Assembly: GCF_000195755.1 (NCBI RefSeq)
Contig: NC_002937.3
Coordinates: forward strand, 2,370,001-2,402,000
Source: Nitratidesulfovibrio vulgaris str. Hildenborough
Lineage (GTDB): Bacteria > Desulfobacterota > Desulfovibrionia > Desulfovibrionales > Desulfovibrionaceae
DNA: 32,000 bases
Direction of reading: 5' to 3'
Position numbers and translations under genes: made by a program. How positions within the stretch are numbered: the first letter of the stretch is position 1; every line of letters begins with the position of its first letter. Positions 1 through 10,200 of this stretch are shown here, piece by piece. Below the pieces are notes generated by a model, which was not told the origin of the DNA, did no database searches, and saw nothing but the letters and a program-made list of their open reading frames with translations.

Positions 1-2134
1 GGGCATGCATGGAAATGGGTTTGGCGAGATAGGCATCCATGCTGGCATCGAGAAAACGCTCCCGGTCTCCGTTCATCACGTACGCCGTGAGCGCCACGAC
101 CGGAACATCGGCATTGGCACAGTGCGAGGCACGCAACAGCCCCACGGCGGTCATCCCGTCCATCTGGGGCATCTGGATGTCCATGAGCACACAGTCGAAC
201 GGCGCGCCTACAAGCACGGCCAGTGCCTGTTCGCCGTCAGTGGCCGTCCTCACGGTGTGTCCCATTCTTTCGAGCATGGCGCGCACTGTGAACAGGTTCA
301 CGGGGTCGTCCTCTACCACGAGCACCCGAAGCCCCTGCGGGTCCTCCTGCGGCGGGTTCACCTCGGGCGCGGCGGCCTTGGCGTCGCCTGCCGCCAGTGG
401 CAGACAGAGGGTGAGATACACCGAAGTACCGACGCCGACCTGCGAATCGACCGTGAGCGTACCGTCATACGCATGTACCAGCGTGCGCGTTATGGCCAGA
501 CCGAGTCCTACTCCCTGATACCGCTTGGTGAGCGGGGCCTCGACCTGCGTGAAGGGCTCGCAGATGGACCCCACCTGTTCTTCCGGGATACCGCAGCCGG
601 AGTCGTGCACCATGAACAGGATGCGCGCCCGCCCATCGGGCATGGGCAAAAGGGTCTTCACCTCGAGTTTCATCTGCCCCCTGTTGGTGAACTTCATGGC
701 ATTGCCCACAAGGTTGAGCAGTATCTGGCGCACCCGCACGGCATCGCCCAGAAAGGGCCCCGGGACCGCATCGAGGGCGAACTCAAGCGGGAGTCCCTTC
801 TCGCGGGAGAGGGGTGCGAAGGTCTCACGAATGGATGCAAGGACATCGGAAAGTGTGAACGGCTGTTCGGCAAGCACGAGTTTGCCCGCCTCGATGCGCG
901 AAAGATCGAGGATGTCGCCCAAAAGGTCGGTGAGCCTGCGCCCGGAACGTCTCGCCATGCCGAGATATTCGGCCTGACCGGCATCAAGGCCCGTGGCCTC
1001 GAGCAGGTCGAGCATACCGAGAAGGCCATTGAGCGGCGTGCGGATCTCATGGCTCATGTTGGCGAGGAACGCGCTCTTGGCCGCGTTCGCGTTATCGGCC
1101 TTCTCCTTGGCCTCACGCAGATGGAGATTGGAGTCCTCAAGCAGGGCCGTTCGTTCAGCGACACGCGTCTCCAGTTCATTGCGTGCCCGTTCCACCGCAT
1201 TGCGGGCCGCCACCTCCTGCTGGAGGGCACGCCGCAGGGAGCGCGACGACAACGCCGTGAAGACCACAAACGCGACGACGATGACGGCCACATAGGCGGC
1301 ATTGCGGAACCACGGCTGTATGGCGTCATCAAGCGCCAGTCCCACGACCACCCAGAACGGATGGTGCCCCACCTTGCGATACGAGAATATCTTCTCAAGC
1401 CCCCCCACATGGGACACTGTTCGCACCACACCCGCCTCACTGCCTCCCTGAATGGCTTCCCGCACCGGCTGTGCTCCGAATCTTCCCGGTGTGACATCCA
1501 TCTCCGGCGGCAGGGGCGGCACACGGGTGAGCATGATGAAGCCCTGGCGCAAGAACGAGATGTGACCATTGGGGCCGATGTCTATGCCCTGAAACAGTTG
1601 GCTGAACCGCTCCAGCGGAATGGTAGCCAGCACCACCCCCATGAAGACGCCGTCACCATCGGTGACCCGACGTGCAACACTGATGACCCTCTTGCCACTC
1701 AGGCGCCCCTCGATGGGTTCCGAGACCTCCATGCGAGTCGCCCCTGCACGCAGGTTCCTGAAATAGACACGATCTCCGATATGCACCCGCTGCTGTAACA
1801 GCCCGTTGCAGTCGAGCACGACCTCACCCGAGGCGTCCGCATAGAGCAGGTTGTCCACAAGGGGCAGATGATCGATGAACCGGCTGAACACGTCGGGCAG
1901 TGCCTGCCTTGCGTTGTCCCCCTCATGGCGCCGGGTCTCCCCGGCGAGTCCCAGCAACCCCACATCGAGCGTGTCGAGGTAGCCGCCGATGCGTTCAGCC
2001 AACGTCACCGTTATGTTGGTCGACGCGACTTCCATGTTCGAGAGCGTATTGCGCCATGCCTCACGGAAGGTCATCGCCCCGAGCAGGATGACGATGATGT
2101 TCGCCACGACCGTGAGAATCCTCAGACGCACCAT
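1..2134 (-). CDS. Hybrid sensor histidine kinase / response regulator with a TM-flanked extracytoplasmic sensor domain, HisKA, HATPase and a C-terminal receiver. The 3' end runs off the left edge.
   Basis: Absent from the ORF track because it has no stop inside the window. The reverse complement of 1025-1069 reads [15 protein letters not shown] (H-box). The reverse complement of about 1-330 reads [13 protein letters not shown]...[14 protein letters not shown]...AYLAKP (receiver). From ATG 2134 (alternative ATG 2161) it reads [19 protein letters not shown]..., a TM helix followed by a soluble sensor domain. I translated the frame by hand for about 250 codons without a stop, and no track ORF ends in this frame. 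The + ORF 5..1798 is its antisense shadow. Confidence 0.9.
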   Translation of the reverse strand, partial: MVRLRILTVVANIIVILLGAMTFREAWRNTLSNMEVASTNITVTLAERIGGYLDTLDVGLLGLAGETRRHEGDNARQALPDVFSRFIDHLPLVDNLLYADASGEVVLDCNGLLQQRVHIGDRVYFRNLRAGATRMEVSEPIEGRLSGKRVISVARRVTDGDGVFMGVVLATIPLERFSQLFQGIDIGPNGHISFLRQGFIMLTRVPPLPPEMDVTPGRFGAQPVREAIQGGSEAGVVRTVSHVGGLEKIFSYRKVGHHPFWVVVGLALDDAIQPWFRNAAYVAVIVVAFVVFTALSSRSLRRALQQEVAARNAVERARNELETRVAERTALLEDSNLHLREAKEKADNANAAKSAFLANMSHEIRTPLNGLLGMLDLLEATGLDAGQAEYLGMARRSGRRLTDLLGDILDLSRIEAGKLVLAEQPFTLSDVLASIRETFAPLSREKGLPLEFALDAVPGPFLGDAVRVRQILLNLVGNAMKFTNRGQMKLEVKTLLPMPDGRARILFMVHDSGCGIPEEQVGSICEPFTQVEAPLTKRYQGVGLGLAITRTLVHAYDGTLTVDSQVGVGTSVYLTLCLPLAAGDAKAAAPEVNPPQEDPQGLRVLVVEDDPVNLFTVRAMLERMGHTVRTATDGEQALAVLVGAPFDCVLMDIQMPQMDGMTAVGLLRASHCANADVPVVALTAYVMNGDRERFLDASMDAYLAKPISMHA

Positions 2135-2403
2135 GAGTGAAGGCCCCTGAGCCTTCAGCATGGCGGACGTGGCGTCGGGACTGCGATCGTTCGAAGGGTG
2201 GGGGGCATCATCCCCCGGATGGATGTGATGCGACATGGGCCAAGAGTACTACCACAGAGAAGGGTACGTAATGATATTCCTGACCACCATGCCGTACATG
2301 CACACTTGACGATGACGCATGCCTGTCGCACCTTTCCGGAAAGATACGCCACAACAGCATCCATCCCGCCCCATCCAACGCGCCCTCGAACAGGAGACGA
2401 AGC

Positions 2404-3954
2404 ATGTCCACCACGCCCGCACGCATTGCCATTGCGCTTGCCATCGCACTTTGTGCAAGTGTGTTCATCTTCATCGGCGGACAGGTGCTCACACTTGCTG
2501 ACATGGCTGGGCGTATCCACCCGTTTTTCGGCGACATCGTATTCTGGACGGGTATGGGGGCCATGCTTGCGGCACTGGGCTGGCTGGCGGCGACCTATCT
2601 CATGCGGCCCCGCCAGCTTGAACTGCCAAAGGACGACACGCCTGAAGCCCTCGCCGACTACAGACGTGCCCTTGAGACACGGTTGCGCACCAACCCCCAC
2701 CTGCGTGGTGAAGAGGTGCCTGCCGCCTCTGCCGACGGCGTTCCCCACTCCCTTGAAGACCTGCTCTCACACCTCGATGCCGCCGCCCTGCGCGAGACCA
2801 GACGCACGGCATCACGCATCTTTCTCACCACGGCCATCGCCCGCAACGGCAGACTGGACACCCTCATCGTCCTCGTACTGCTGGCCCGCCTCGTCTGGCG
2901 CATCTCGGCCCTCTACGACAGCCGCCCGCACCCGCGGGCGCTGGTTCGCCTGTACCTCAACGTCGCCGGCACGGCCCTCGCCGCCGGGGCACTGGAGGAT
3001 GCAGGACTCGAAGACCACATCCACGCCCTGCTCACGCCGCTTCTCGCCGCATCGCCCATGACATCCGTACCCGGCATATCCGGTGTCGGCACGGTGCTGA
3101 CCGCCTCGCTCGTCGATGGTTCCGCCAACGCCCTGCTGGCCCTGCGGGTCGGCATCGTCACGCGCAACCTGCTCTCGCCGCCGTTGCCGGGAATGCCCGA
3201 ACGCCCCAACCCCTACCGCGAGGCCTCGGCACTGCTTGTCCGCATGTCGGGCGGACTCGTCCGCAAGGTGATGAAGGCGGCGATGAGCGGCCTCACCTCC
3301 GGACTCACGGACAAGGCGCGCCGCGCTGCGGATGCGGTGCGGCAGGGAATGCGTGGCAAAGGCTCCCGCAAGCACACGGACGAGACCACGCACGCCGCAG
3401 CAGGCCCGGAACGGACTGCCCCTGCACAAGATGCGACGAAGCCGGCAGCGAATGATGCGGCACGCCTGCTGCCAAGACAGTCGGCATCACGACCGGCGGG
3501 TTCGGATTCCGGCATGGAACCCCCTGTCCATGTGACCACGACGGATTCGACGACACCGTCGCCACAATCGGCCCGTCCGGTCGTGCGGCGGCCCTCAGGG
3601 CGTCGTGATGTCTCGCAGGCCGCCTACAGGGCCGTGCCTCTTCACGATGCCGAAGCCGGGCCCGCACCCAGCGTCCCCTCCGAGGCCGACGACGCGACAT
3701 GGGAGCGCATAGGCCCGTTACCCGGCATCACCCGCATTGAGGAGAGGCCCGAATCGACCGACGGCCGGGGCGATGTCACGCGTGGGCCTCGTCCGGGAAC
3801 GCATACAGGCAGGACAGCAAAGGCGGGACGCCAAGAAGAGTCCGGAACAGCCGACCGGACGGATATGGCCGATGCCCCGGAAGACGCGCCCCGGGCATTC
3901 TCGCCAGCAAGAAGGCTGCTGCGGTCGCTGCTCCTCAAACGTCGCCAAGGCTGA
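2404..3954 (+). CDS. Membrane protein, probably DUF697/YcjF-like, with a long Ala/Pro/Arg-rich disordered C-terminal half
   Basis: AGGAGA lies 6 nt upstream of ATG 2404. There are two N-terminal TM helices. The segment TTAIARNGRLDTLIVLVLLARLVWRISALYDSRPHPRALVRLYLNVAGTALAAGALED resembles the DUF697 core as I remember it. The last ~230 aa are low complexity. The family call is from memory only. Confidence 0.7.
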   Translation: MSTTPARIAIALAIALCASVFIFIGGQVLTLADMAGRIHPFFGDIVFWTGMGAMLAALGWLAATYLMRPRQLELPKDDTPEALADYRRALETRLRTNPHLRGEEVPAASADGVPHSLEDLLSHLDAAALRETRRTASRIFLTTAIARNGRLDTLIVLVLLARLVWRISALYDSRPHPRALVRLYLNVAGTALAAGALEDAGLEDHIHALLTPLLAASPMTSVPGISGVGTVLTASLVDGSANALLALRVGIVTRNLLSPPLPGMPERPNPYREASALLVRMSGGLVRKVMKAAMSGLTSGLTDKARRAADAVRQGMRGKGSRKHTDETTHAAAGPERTAPAQDATKPAANDAARLLPRQSASRPAGSDSGMEPPVHVTTTDSTTPSPQSARPVVRRPSGRRDVSQAAYRAVPLHDAEAGPAPSVPSEADDATWERIGPLPGITRIEERPESTDGRGDVTRGPRPGTHTGRTAKAGRQEESGTADRTDMADAPEDAPRAFSPARRLLRSLLLKRRQG

Positions 3955-4290
3955 CCACGCAGGGCTACGACATCGGCAGCCGTGCCCGTCATGATGTCCG
4001 ACCGCCAGAGAGCGCCCGGCGCAGATGCCGCCACGCCCCAGAGACCCCGTCGCGAGGCCCCATCGGCAAGAGATGGCAGCCCTCGTAGGATAGGGTCCGC
4101 CCCTTTCATGGCATTGCCCGCAGCAGCCCCGTGACCGGCCTGTCGTTGCCTGTCCCGCCACCTGCCTCCCTGCATCTCTGTCTGTCGGTCACCCCGCAGG
4201 GCAGATTTGATGCCTGCGGCATCCTGTGCTAGTGAAGCCGCCTTATCCGTCCCCCCCTCGTGGAAGTGGCTACCAAGGAGGATGTGCCGC

Positions 4291-4803
4291 GTGTACAAAT
4301 GGCTTCGAGTGTTGCTGGAACTGTTGCCGCTACAGGTGTTCGCCCTGTCGTGGAGGCTCGAAGGGGCGACGGCCCCCGGCGGGTGGCAGCTTCCCTATGG
4401 CCTTGCAGCACTCACGGCTGTCGTCTGCATCGGCATCCTCGTCTGGCGCAGGGTATTGCTCGACAGGCTGCTCCTCGGCGTCAATGCCGCCATCATCCTC
4501 GGGGCACTCGGCCTCTACTGCGGTACGCCGGGTCTGCCGAAACTGCTCGCCGATATTCGCGGGGCTGGCGTCTTCGCCGTCGTGCTTCTTACCGCGGGTG
4601 TGACATACCTTGCCCGCCCTGCCGCCCTCCTCGATTTCGAACGCGGCACATGGGAACCATGGGACAGGTACATGCTGCTTGCCGTGTTCATCGCCTTCTG
4701 GCTGGCCTTCGCCACGCGAGAGGAACCCCTCGTGGGGGCCATGCTGCTTGGCGCGCTTTTCGTGGTGCGCACCATGCTACAGCAGGCCGCCCGCCGCTGG
4801 TGA
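4291..4803 (+). CDS. Small polytopic membrane protein, unknown function
   Basis: The track ORF is 4207..4803. AAGGAGG (4275-4281) abuts ATG 4282 with zero spacing but sits 9 nt before GTG 4291, so I prefer 4291 (4282 remains possible). The product has about 5 hydrophobic helices. I recognise no family. Confidence 0.55.
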   Translation: MYKWLRVLLELLPLQVFALSWRLEGATAPGGWQLPYGLAALTAVVCIGILVWRRVLLDRLLLGVNAAIILGALGLYCGTPGLPKLLADIRGAGVFAVVLLTAGVTYLARPAALLDFERGTWEPWDRYMLLAVFIAFWLAFATREEPLVGAMLLGALFVVRTMLQQAARRW

Positions 4804-5161
4804 CCCCTTCTTCGCCGTTCCAGCTTCTCCGCAGGGCCACCAGGCGCCCTCTCACGACAGCACCCGACCACATACCCCCTACCACGTGACCCGCCCACGA
4901 GAATCGGCCCTCGCCCCTTTGCCCTTCCTCCTTCGTATGACGATGCCCACCATGGGGGACATACCCTGACCGCAGGTGATGGCGTCTCAGTCTGATTCAG
5001 CCTCTTCCGTCAACGCCCCATGCACCTCCACCACCAAGCCCTTGGCGGCGTAGGCCGAAACAGATGAAGGCCGCCTCTCGACGCCGTAGACGCGTTGCAA
5101 GGCCACGACGGGTATCGACCTACGGAAAGAGACACATCCAAGGCGACCTCTCGCCATACGA

Positions 5162-5189
5162 AAAGGGCCGCCCCGAAGGACGGCCCTTT
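5162..5189 (-). terminator. Rho-independent terminator downstream of the lactate permease
   Basis: AAAGGGCCG (5162-5170) pairs with CGGCCCTTT (5181-5189) around a 10-nt loop. On the minus strand the stem is followed by TTTTCGTAT. It lies about 37 nt after the lctP stop (5226-5228). Confidence 0.65.
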
Positions 5190-5225
5190 GTTGTCTCCGC
5201 GTGCTGCGGCGTGCGCCTTGCAGCA

Positions 5226-6746
5226 TCACCCCTGCAGCATGTGCAGGTACGGAATGGCCACGTAGACCAGCGTCCCGAGAATGAGCACGTAGCCCACGCA
5301 CACGGCCAGCGTGCGGTTCATGATGCGCCCTTCGGAACCGACAAGGCCGGTGGCAGCCGTGGCAACGGCGATGGACTGGGGCGAGATCATCTTGCCAGCC
5401 GTGGCACCTGCCGCCGAAGCAGCCACGATCCATGCCCGGTCGATGCTGATGCGGTTCGCGACCTCCATCTGCAATTGCCCGAAAAGGACATTGGAGGATG
5501 TGTCGCTACCCGTCACGAAGGTTCCCAGCGCACCAAGCAGCGGGGCTATGAGCGGGAAGTAGCTGCTGGTGGCATCCGCCACGGCCACAGCGAGGGTGTT
5601 GATCATGCCGCTGGATGCCATGACCTTGGCAAGGGCGACGATGGAGACCACCGTCACTGCCGAGAAGGCGAGCTTGCGGGCCGTCTTCACGAGCACCCCG
5701 GTTATCTCTCCGAAACGGACGCCCTGAATCATGCCGCCAAGGTAGGTGGCGATGATGATGAGCGAACCGGGTGTCGCCAGCCATTTGAAGGTGAACGGCG
5801 TGTCACCGTGGATGACGACGGTGGTCTTCACCGCCCCCAGTGTGTCCTTGATGAGCGGAAAGAGGTTGCTGCACAGGATGATGAAGCTGAAGACGAAGAT
5901 ATAGGGCAGCCATGCCTTGACCTTGTCCGCGGTGGGCAGGGGCTCGGTTTCTACAGCGGCGGTGTCGCGGTGGAAGATGCGCGCCCAGACGATGGTGGCG
6001 ACCATGCTGCACACGCTGCCGATGAGGCAGGGCAGTTCCGCCCCCATGTACTTGGCGGTGTAAAGCTGCGGCAGCGCGAAGGCGACCCCGGAGACGAGCG
6101 TGGCCCAGAACACCCCGCGGATGCCCTTGAAACCTGCCGTGAGGATGACCAGCAGGAAGGTGATGAGGATGATGAACACCGAAAGCTGCAACGCGGTGTA
6201 GTAGCTGATGGTCTCTACGGGCAGCCCGGTGACGCTGGCCATGGTGACGATGGGAATGCCGATGGCGCCGAAGGCCGTGGGCACGGTGTTGGCCACGAGA
6301 CAGATGACAGCGGCGAACATGGGCTGAAAGCCCATGGCGGCAAGGATGCTGGCGGGGATGGCCACTGCTGTGCCATAGCCTGCAACCCCTTCGAGAAAGC
6401 CGCCAAAGCCCCATGCGACGATGAGGACAAGAAGGCGCTTGTCTGTGGTGATGCCGGAAAGCATACGTGTGATGACATTCATGCTGCCCGTATGCTGCGC
6501 CAGATTATAGGTGAACACGGCGGCGACGATGACGACCATGATGGGCCACAGGCCGAGGGCCGCCCCTTCGAGGGCTGCCGTGCCTGCCGAAAGCGGGGCC
6601 ATGTGCCAAGGGCCGAAGACGGCGATGCAGACCGTGGCGGCAAGCGTCAGGGCGCATGTCCTGTAGGCGGGCAGTTTGAGCACGATGAGCGAGAAGATGA
6701 GCCAGACTATCGGCGACAGCGCGAGAACAAGTTGCATTGAATCCAT
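5226..6746 (-). CDS. lctP: L-lactate permease (LctP family)
   Basis: Collinear similarity to E. coli LldP as I recall it, e.g. GLWPIMVVIVAAVFTYN, WGFGGFLEGVAGYGTAVAIPA and NTVPTAFGAIGIPI. The track ORF extends to 6989, but that extension is non-hydrophobic. I set the start at ATG 6746 (MDSMQLVLALSPIVW...); ATG 6737 is also possible. Confidence 0.92.
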   Translation of the reverse strand: MDSMQLVLALSPIVWLIFSLIVLKLPAYRTCALTLAATVCIAVFGPWHMAPLSAGTAALEGAALGLWPIMVVIVAAVFTYNLAQHTGSMNVITRMLSGITTDKRLLVLIVAWGFGGFLEGVAGYGTAVAIPASILAAMGFQPMFAAVICLVANTVPTAFGAIGIPIVTMASVTGLPVETISYYTALQLSVFIILITFLLVILTAGFKGIRGVFWATLVSGVAFALPQLYTAKYMGAELPCLIGSVCSMVATIVWARIFHRDTAAVETEPLPTADKVKAWLPYIFVFSFIILCSNLFPLIKDTLGAVKTTVVIHGDTPFTFKWLATPGSLIIIATYLGGMIQGVRFGEITGVLVKTARKLAFSAVTVVSIVALAKVMASSGMINTLAVAVADATSSYFPLIAPLLGALGTFVTGSDTSSNVLFGQLQMEVANRISIDRAWIVAASAAGATAGKMISPQSIAVATAATGLVGSEGRIMNRTLAVCVGYVLILGTLVYVAIPYLHMLQG

Positions 6747-6811
6747 ATCATACCCGAAGAGTGACAAGGGTTGCGTGACATGCCCGCAAGTGCGGGAAGC
6801 GGCCTCACATT

Positions 6812-6828
6812 CTGTTTGGTCAATCAAG
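6812..6828. promoter_or_regulatory. Copy 1 of exact 17-bp motif CTGTTTGGTCAATCAAG (candidate operator), 66 nt upstream of the lctP ATG
   Basis: Identical to 7240-7256 in the same DNA orientation. The core TTGGTCAATCAA is a near-palindrome (TTGGT/ATCAA). Confidence 0.5.
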
Positions 6829-6990
6829 GAATGCAAGGCGAGTACACGTCCCCTCGGGCTTGCGTCAAGTCGAACGCACAGCCGCACGGCGTCATGGAAG
6901 CATAGCGTGCCAGCAGGACATGACCACCGCGCCTCGTCATTGCGCCACTCGTCCGTAGTGAGTGCCGACATCCGCAGTGCGAGCGCCACA

Positions 6991-7016
6991 TATATTGTTT
7001 GATTATATAAACAACA
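6991..7016. promoter_or_regulatory. AT-rich island, candidate divergent promoter core for lctP and cooM
   Basis: This is the only strongly AT-rich stretch in the 542-bp lctP-cooM spacer: TATATTGTTTGATTATATAAACAACA. The minus strand carries a perfect TATAAT (7007..7002), but its -35 is poor. There is an inverted repeat TTGTTT (6995-7000) / AAACAA (7009-7014). Confidence 0.3.
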
Positions 7017-7239
7017 CCTGTTGCATCACGTAAGCACTCACCACGCCCCTTGCACTGCCACCGCATTGCGTTTTTTTGCGTTTCTTCGAGTCCATCCACG
7101 GGCGGCATCATCTCTCTCAACATCCTGTTACCTCAGGACAAAAAAGAGTGTCGCCCTCCCCTGCCACTCCACATTGGGAATCGATTCACAAACACCCCCT
7201 TGAATTACCCCGCGTGTTGCAATATGGTCGGTCAACCAA

Positions 7240-7256
7240 CTGTTTGGTCAATCAAG
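7240..7256. promoter_or_regulatory. Copy 2 of exact 17-bp motif CTGTTTGGTCAATCAAG, 33 nt upstream of the cooM ATG
   Basis: Identical to 6812-6828. It is preceded 16 nt upstream by a 9/10 copy of the core: GGTCAACCAA at 7230-7239 versus GGTCAATCAA at 7246-7255. Confidence 0.5.
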
Positions 7257-7288
7257 ATATCGGGACTTTCGTCATCAGGGAGATTAGG

Positions 7289-10200
7289 ATGCAACCAGCA
7301 CCAACTCTGTTCGACCTGCCCTTCATGGTACAGGCTGGCATAGTGCTGCTATTCTGGGGCACGCTGGCAGCCATCGCTGCGCGGCGTCGCCTTGACGCGC
7401 TCATCGGCTACGGGGCTGTGGCCGATGCGGGCATCGCGCTCATCGGTTTCGGCCTCGGTTCAGCCACGGCGACGACGGGGGGCATCCTCTTCGCAGCCTT
7501 CCAGTGTCTTGCACGGCTACTTGCCTACGGTGCCCTGCGCCCGCTGATGTCCAAGGCGGGTTCTGCCGAAGCCGACGCCCTGCGGGGCATACGCGAAGCC
7601 ATGCCCGCCAGTGCCGTGCTCTATGGTTTCGGTATGTTCGCGGCACTGGGCATCTCCCCTTTTCTCGTGCCGGAAGGGAGAATGCTGGTCACGGCAGCCG
7701 CCGTGCAGTCGGGCGGGCTGCTGCTGCCCCTGCTCATGGCGCTGTCGGCAGCCATCATGGCATGGCTCACCGTGGTCGCCACGCAGACCGTCTGTCTTGA
7801 ACACGGCCCGTGGGAAGCCTCAGGCATCACCCCCGAACGCCTCCCCCTGCACCTCGCCCCTGTGGCGCTTGCTGTAGCGGGATGCGGCATAGGGGGACAC
7901 GCCCTCATGGTGGGTGCCGCAGCATTTCTCGGGCATGCCCCCGAATCGCTTCCCGCACTGGCTGACGGATGGCACCCGGCGGCACTCGTCCCCTACGCGG
8001 GGGCTTTTTGCGTCTGGGCGGCTGGTGGCGTGGCACGCCCCTTCCGCAGCATCCTCGCCGTGGTGCTTGCGGCTGCGGCCCTTGCGCTGGCATGGCACGG
8101 CGCGGGACTCGACCCCCTCGCACGGCTCTTCGCCGTCATCACCGGGGGCGTCTGCCTCGCCGTCACGGCCTACTCCGTAGGGTACATCACACACGCCCGC
8201 CACAGTTCCGGCTACTACTTCTTCCTCATGATCATGACGGGGTCGCTGATGGGCCTCGTATCCACACGCTCTTTCGGCAGCTTCTACGGCTTCTGGGAAC
8301 TGATGACATGGTCGTCGTACTTCCTTGTCGTGCATGAAGGCACCCCCCGCGCCTTCCGCGCCGGTGTGAAGTACTTCGTCATGTGCGCTGCGGGTGCGAT
8401 GTTCATGCTTCCCGGGCTGCTCATGCTCACCAACGGTGGTTCGGCAGACTTCGACGCCGTGACCACAGCCGTGCGCCAACTCGACCCCATGCTGCTCAAG
8501 GCCGCCCTGCTGCTCACCCTCGCAGGCTTCGCGGTCAAGGCCGGTTTCGTGCCCGTGCACGGCTGGCTGCCCGACGCCCACCCCGTGGCCCCGTCCTCCA
8601 TCTCCGGCCCGCTGTCGGGCCTGCTGACCAAGACCGGCATCTACGGCATCGTCCGCGTCCTGTTCGCTATATGCGGCATGACCGTGCTGCTGCAGACCGG
8701 CGAAGGCATCGCAGGCATCTCGTGGATGGGCGCGGCGGTGACGACGCTGGGCGTGCTCACCATGGCCTACGGCGAAGTCATGGCCTTGCGGCAGGACGAC
8801 ATCAAGCGCCTGCTCGCCTATTCCACCATGGGCCAGATCGGCGAAATCGCCACCATCATCGGCCTTGGCACATGGTTGTCGACCACGGGCGCGCTCGCCC
8901 ACGTGCTCAATCATGCCATCATGAAGAACCTGCTCTTCCTCTGCGCAGGTGCGCTGGTCATGCGCGCGGGTCGCAAGCTTGAAGACCTCGCGGGCATGGG
9001 CCGCATGATGCCGTGGACGGCGGGCTGCATGATGGTGGGTGTGCTCTCCATCATGGGCATGCCGCCCTTCGCCGGATTCGCCAGCAAGTACCTCATGCTT
9101 CAGGGCGCGGTGCAGGCCGGGCACCCCGAACTCGCCGCCGCGCTTCTGCTGGCGAGCCTTGCCGGGGCCGTGTACTACATGCGCATCATCCGCGTGCTGG
9201 TCTTCATGCCCCGCAAGGGACATCCGGTGCAGGAAGCACCGTGGGCCATGCGCCTGCCCATGCTGGTGCTGGCGGGCCTTTGCGTGTTCCTCGGCATCGC
9301 GCCGCAGTACGGACTCGCCCTCGTGACCCCCGTGGCCGACATGCTGGTGGCAGCAGGCAACCTCGCTCCGCAGACCCTGCCCTCGCTGACCGTAAGCTGG
9401 CCCCCCTATGTGGTGCTGACCATGCTCGGCGCGGCACTGCCCGCCCTGTTGCGTCACGACCGCAAGCTGGCCGGATGGGCCACGGCCCTCGTCCTGCTGG
9501 TTGCCGCAGTGGTCGCCGCCTTCACCGGGCGCGACCTCGACATGCTCTCGTACGGCTTCGTGCTGACAGTCGCTGTCATCGGCTGCCTCAACATGGTCTA
9601 CGCCGTGGGCTACATGGAACACAGCCACACCCAGTGGCGGTTCTACACGTTCTTCCTCTTCATGGTGGGGGGCCTCATGGGTGTGGCGGCAAGCCGCGAC
9701 CTGTACAGCTTCTTCACCTTCTGGGAGATCATGAGTTCGTGGAGTCTCTACTGCGTCATAGTGCATGAGGAGTTCCCGGAGGCACTGCGCGAAGGCTTCA
9801 AGTACTTCTTCTTCAACGTGCTGGGGGCGGCCTTCATGTTCCTCGGCGTGGTGCTGCTCACCGCAGGCGCCGGCAGCCCGGCCTTCGACGCCGTACACGC
9901 TGCCCTGCCCTCCATGCCCGTCGGACTCTCCGCCACCGCGGTGGGCCTCATGGTGCTGGGCCTCGTCATGAAGGCGGCGCAACTGCCCTTCCGCATCGAC
10001 GTGCAGATGCACCCCGCCACCGCGCCCACGCCGGTCTCGGGTTACATCTCCTCCGTCCTGCTCAAGAGCGCGCTCTTCGGCCTCGCCAAGCTGCTGCTGG
10101 CCCTTGGCGGCGGCGCAGTGCTGGTGCAGGCCGCCGGGTTCACCGACGGCATCGGCCTCATGCAGGTCGTGGCGTGGGTCGGCGGCATCACCATCGTCAT

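Noticed and set aside
5-1798. 597-aa + strand ORF at the left edge
   Set aside because: It is the antisense shadow of the minus-strand hybrid histidine kinase. The minus frame gives textbook H-box and receiver motifs. The + product is His/Gly/Arg/Glu-rich with no recognisable domain.
2332-2343. Perfect 12-bp palindrome CTTTCCGGAAAG upstream of the DUF697-like gene; also the 10-bp palindrome GAATCGATTC at 7178-7187
   Set aside because: Zero-spacer palindromes of this size are expected several times by chance in 32 kb (about 1/4096 and 1/1024 per position). There is no second copy or supporting context.
4987-5160. Possible 56-aa minus-strand ORF (MARGRLGCVSF...EEAESD) just beyond the lctP terminator
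   Set aside because: It has no SD and no recognisable family. Its third-position GC is about 68% by my hand count, which looks lower than neighbouring genes by eye. It is part of a longer spurious track ORF (4987..5433) that overlaps lctP. I cannot support it.
6964-6970. GCCGACA, matching half of the CooA-type palindrome I recall (TGTCGGC-NN-GCCGACA), upstream of cooM
   Set aside because: Only one half-site is present, and the expected partner half 2 nt away does not match. I found no full CRP/CooA-like palindrome by eye in 6747-7288, and my recollection of the consensus is unverified.
7076-7288. N-terminal extension of cooM from TTG 7076; similar extensions occur in the track ORFs for lctP to 6989, cooH from 13402, hypA from 14619, proX to 22084, proV to 24307, mtgA from 19986, DUF47 from 28421 and pit from 29049
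   Set aside because: The extensions are non-homologous, often overlap upstream genes or terminators, and lack SD sites. In each case an internal start has an SD and a family-typical N-terminus.
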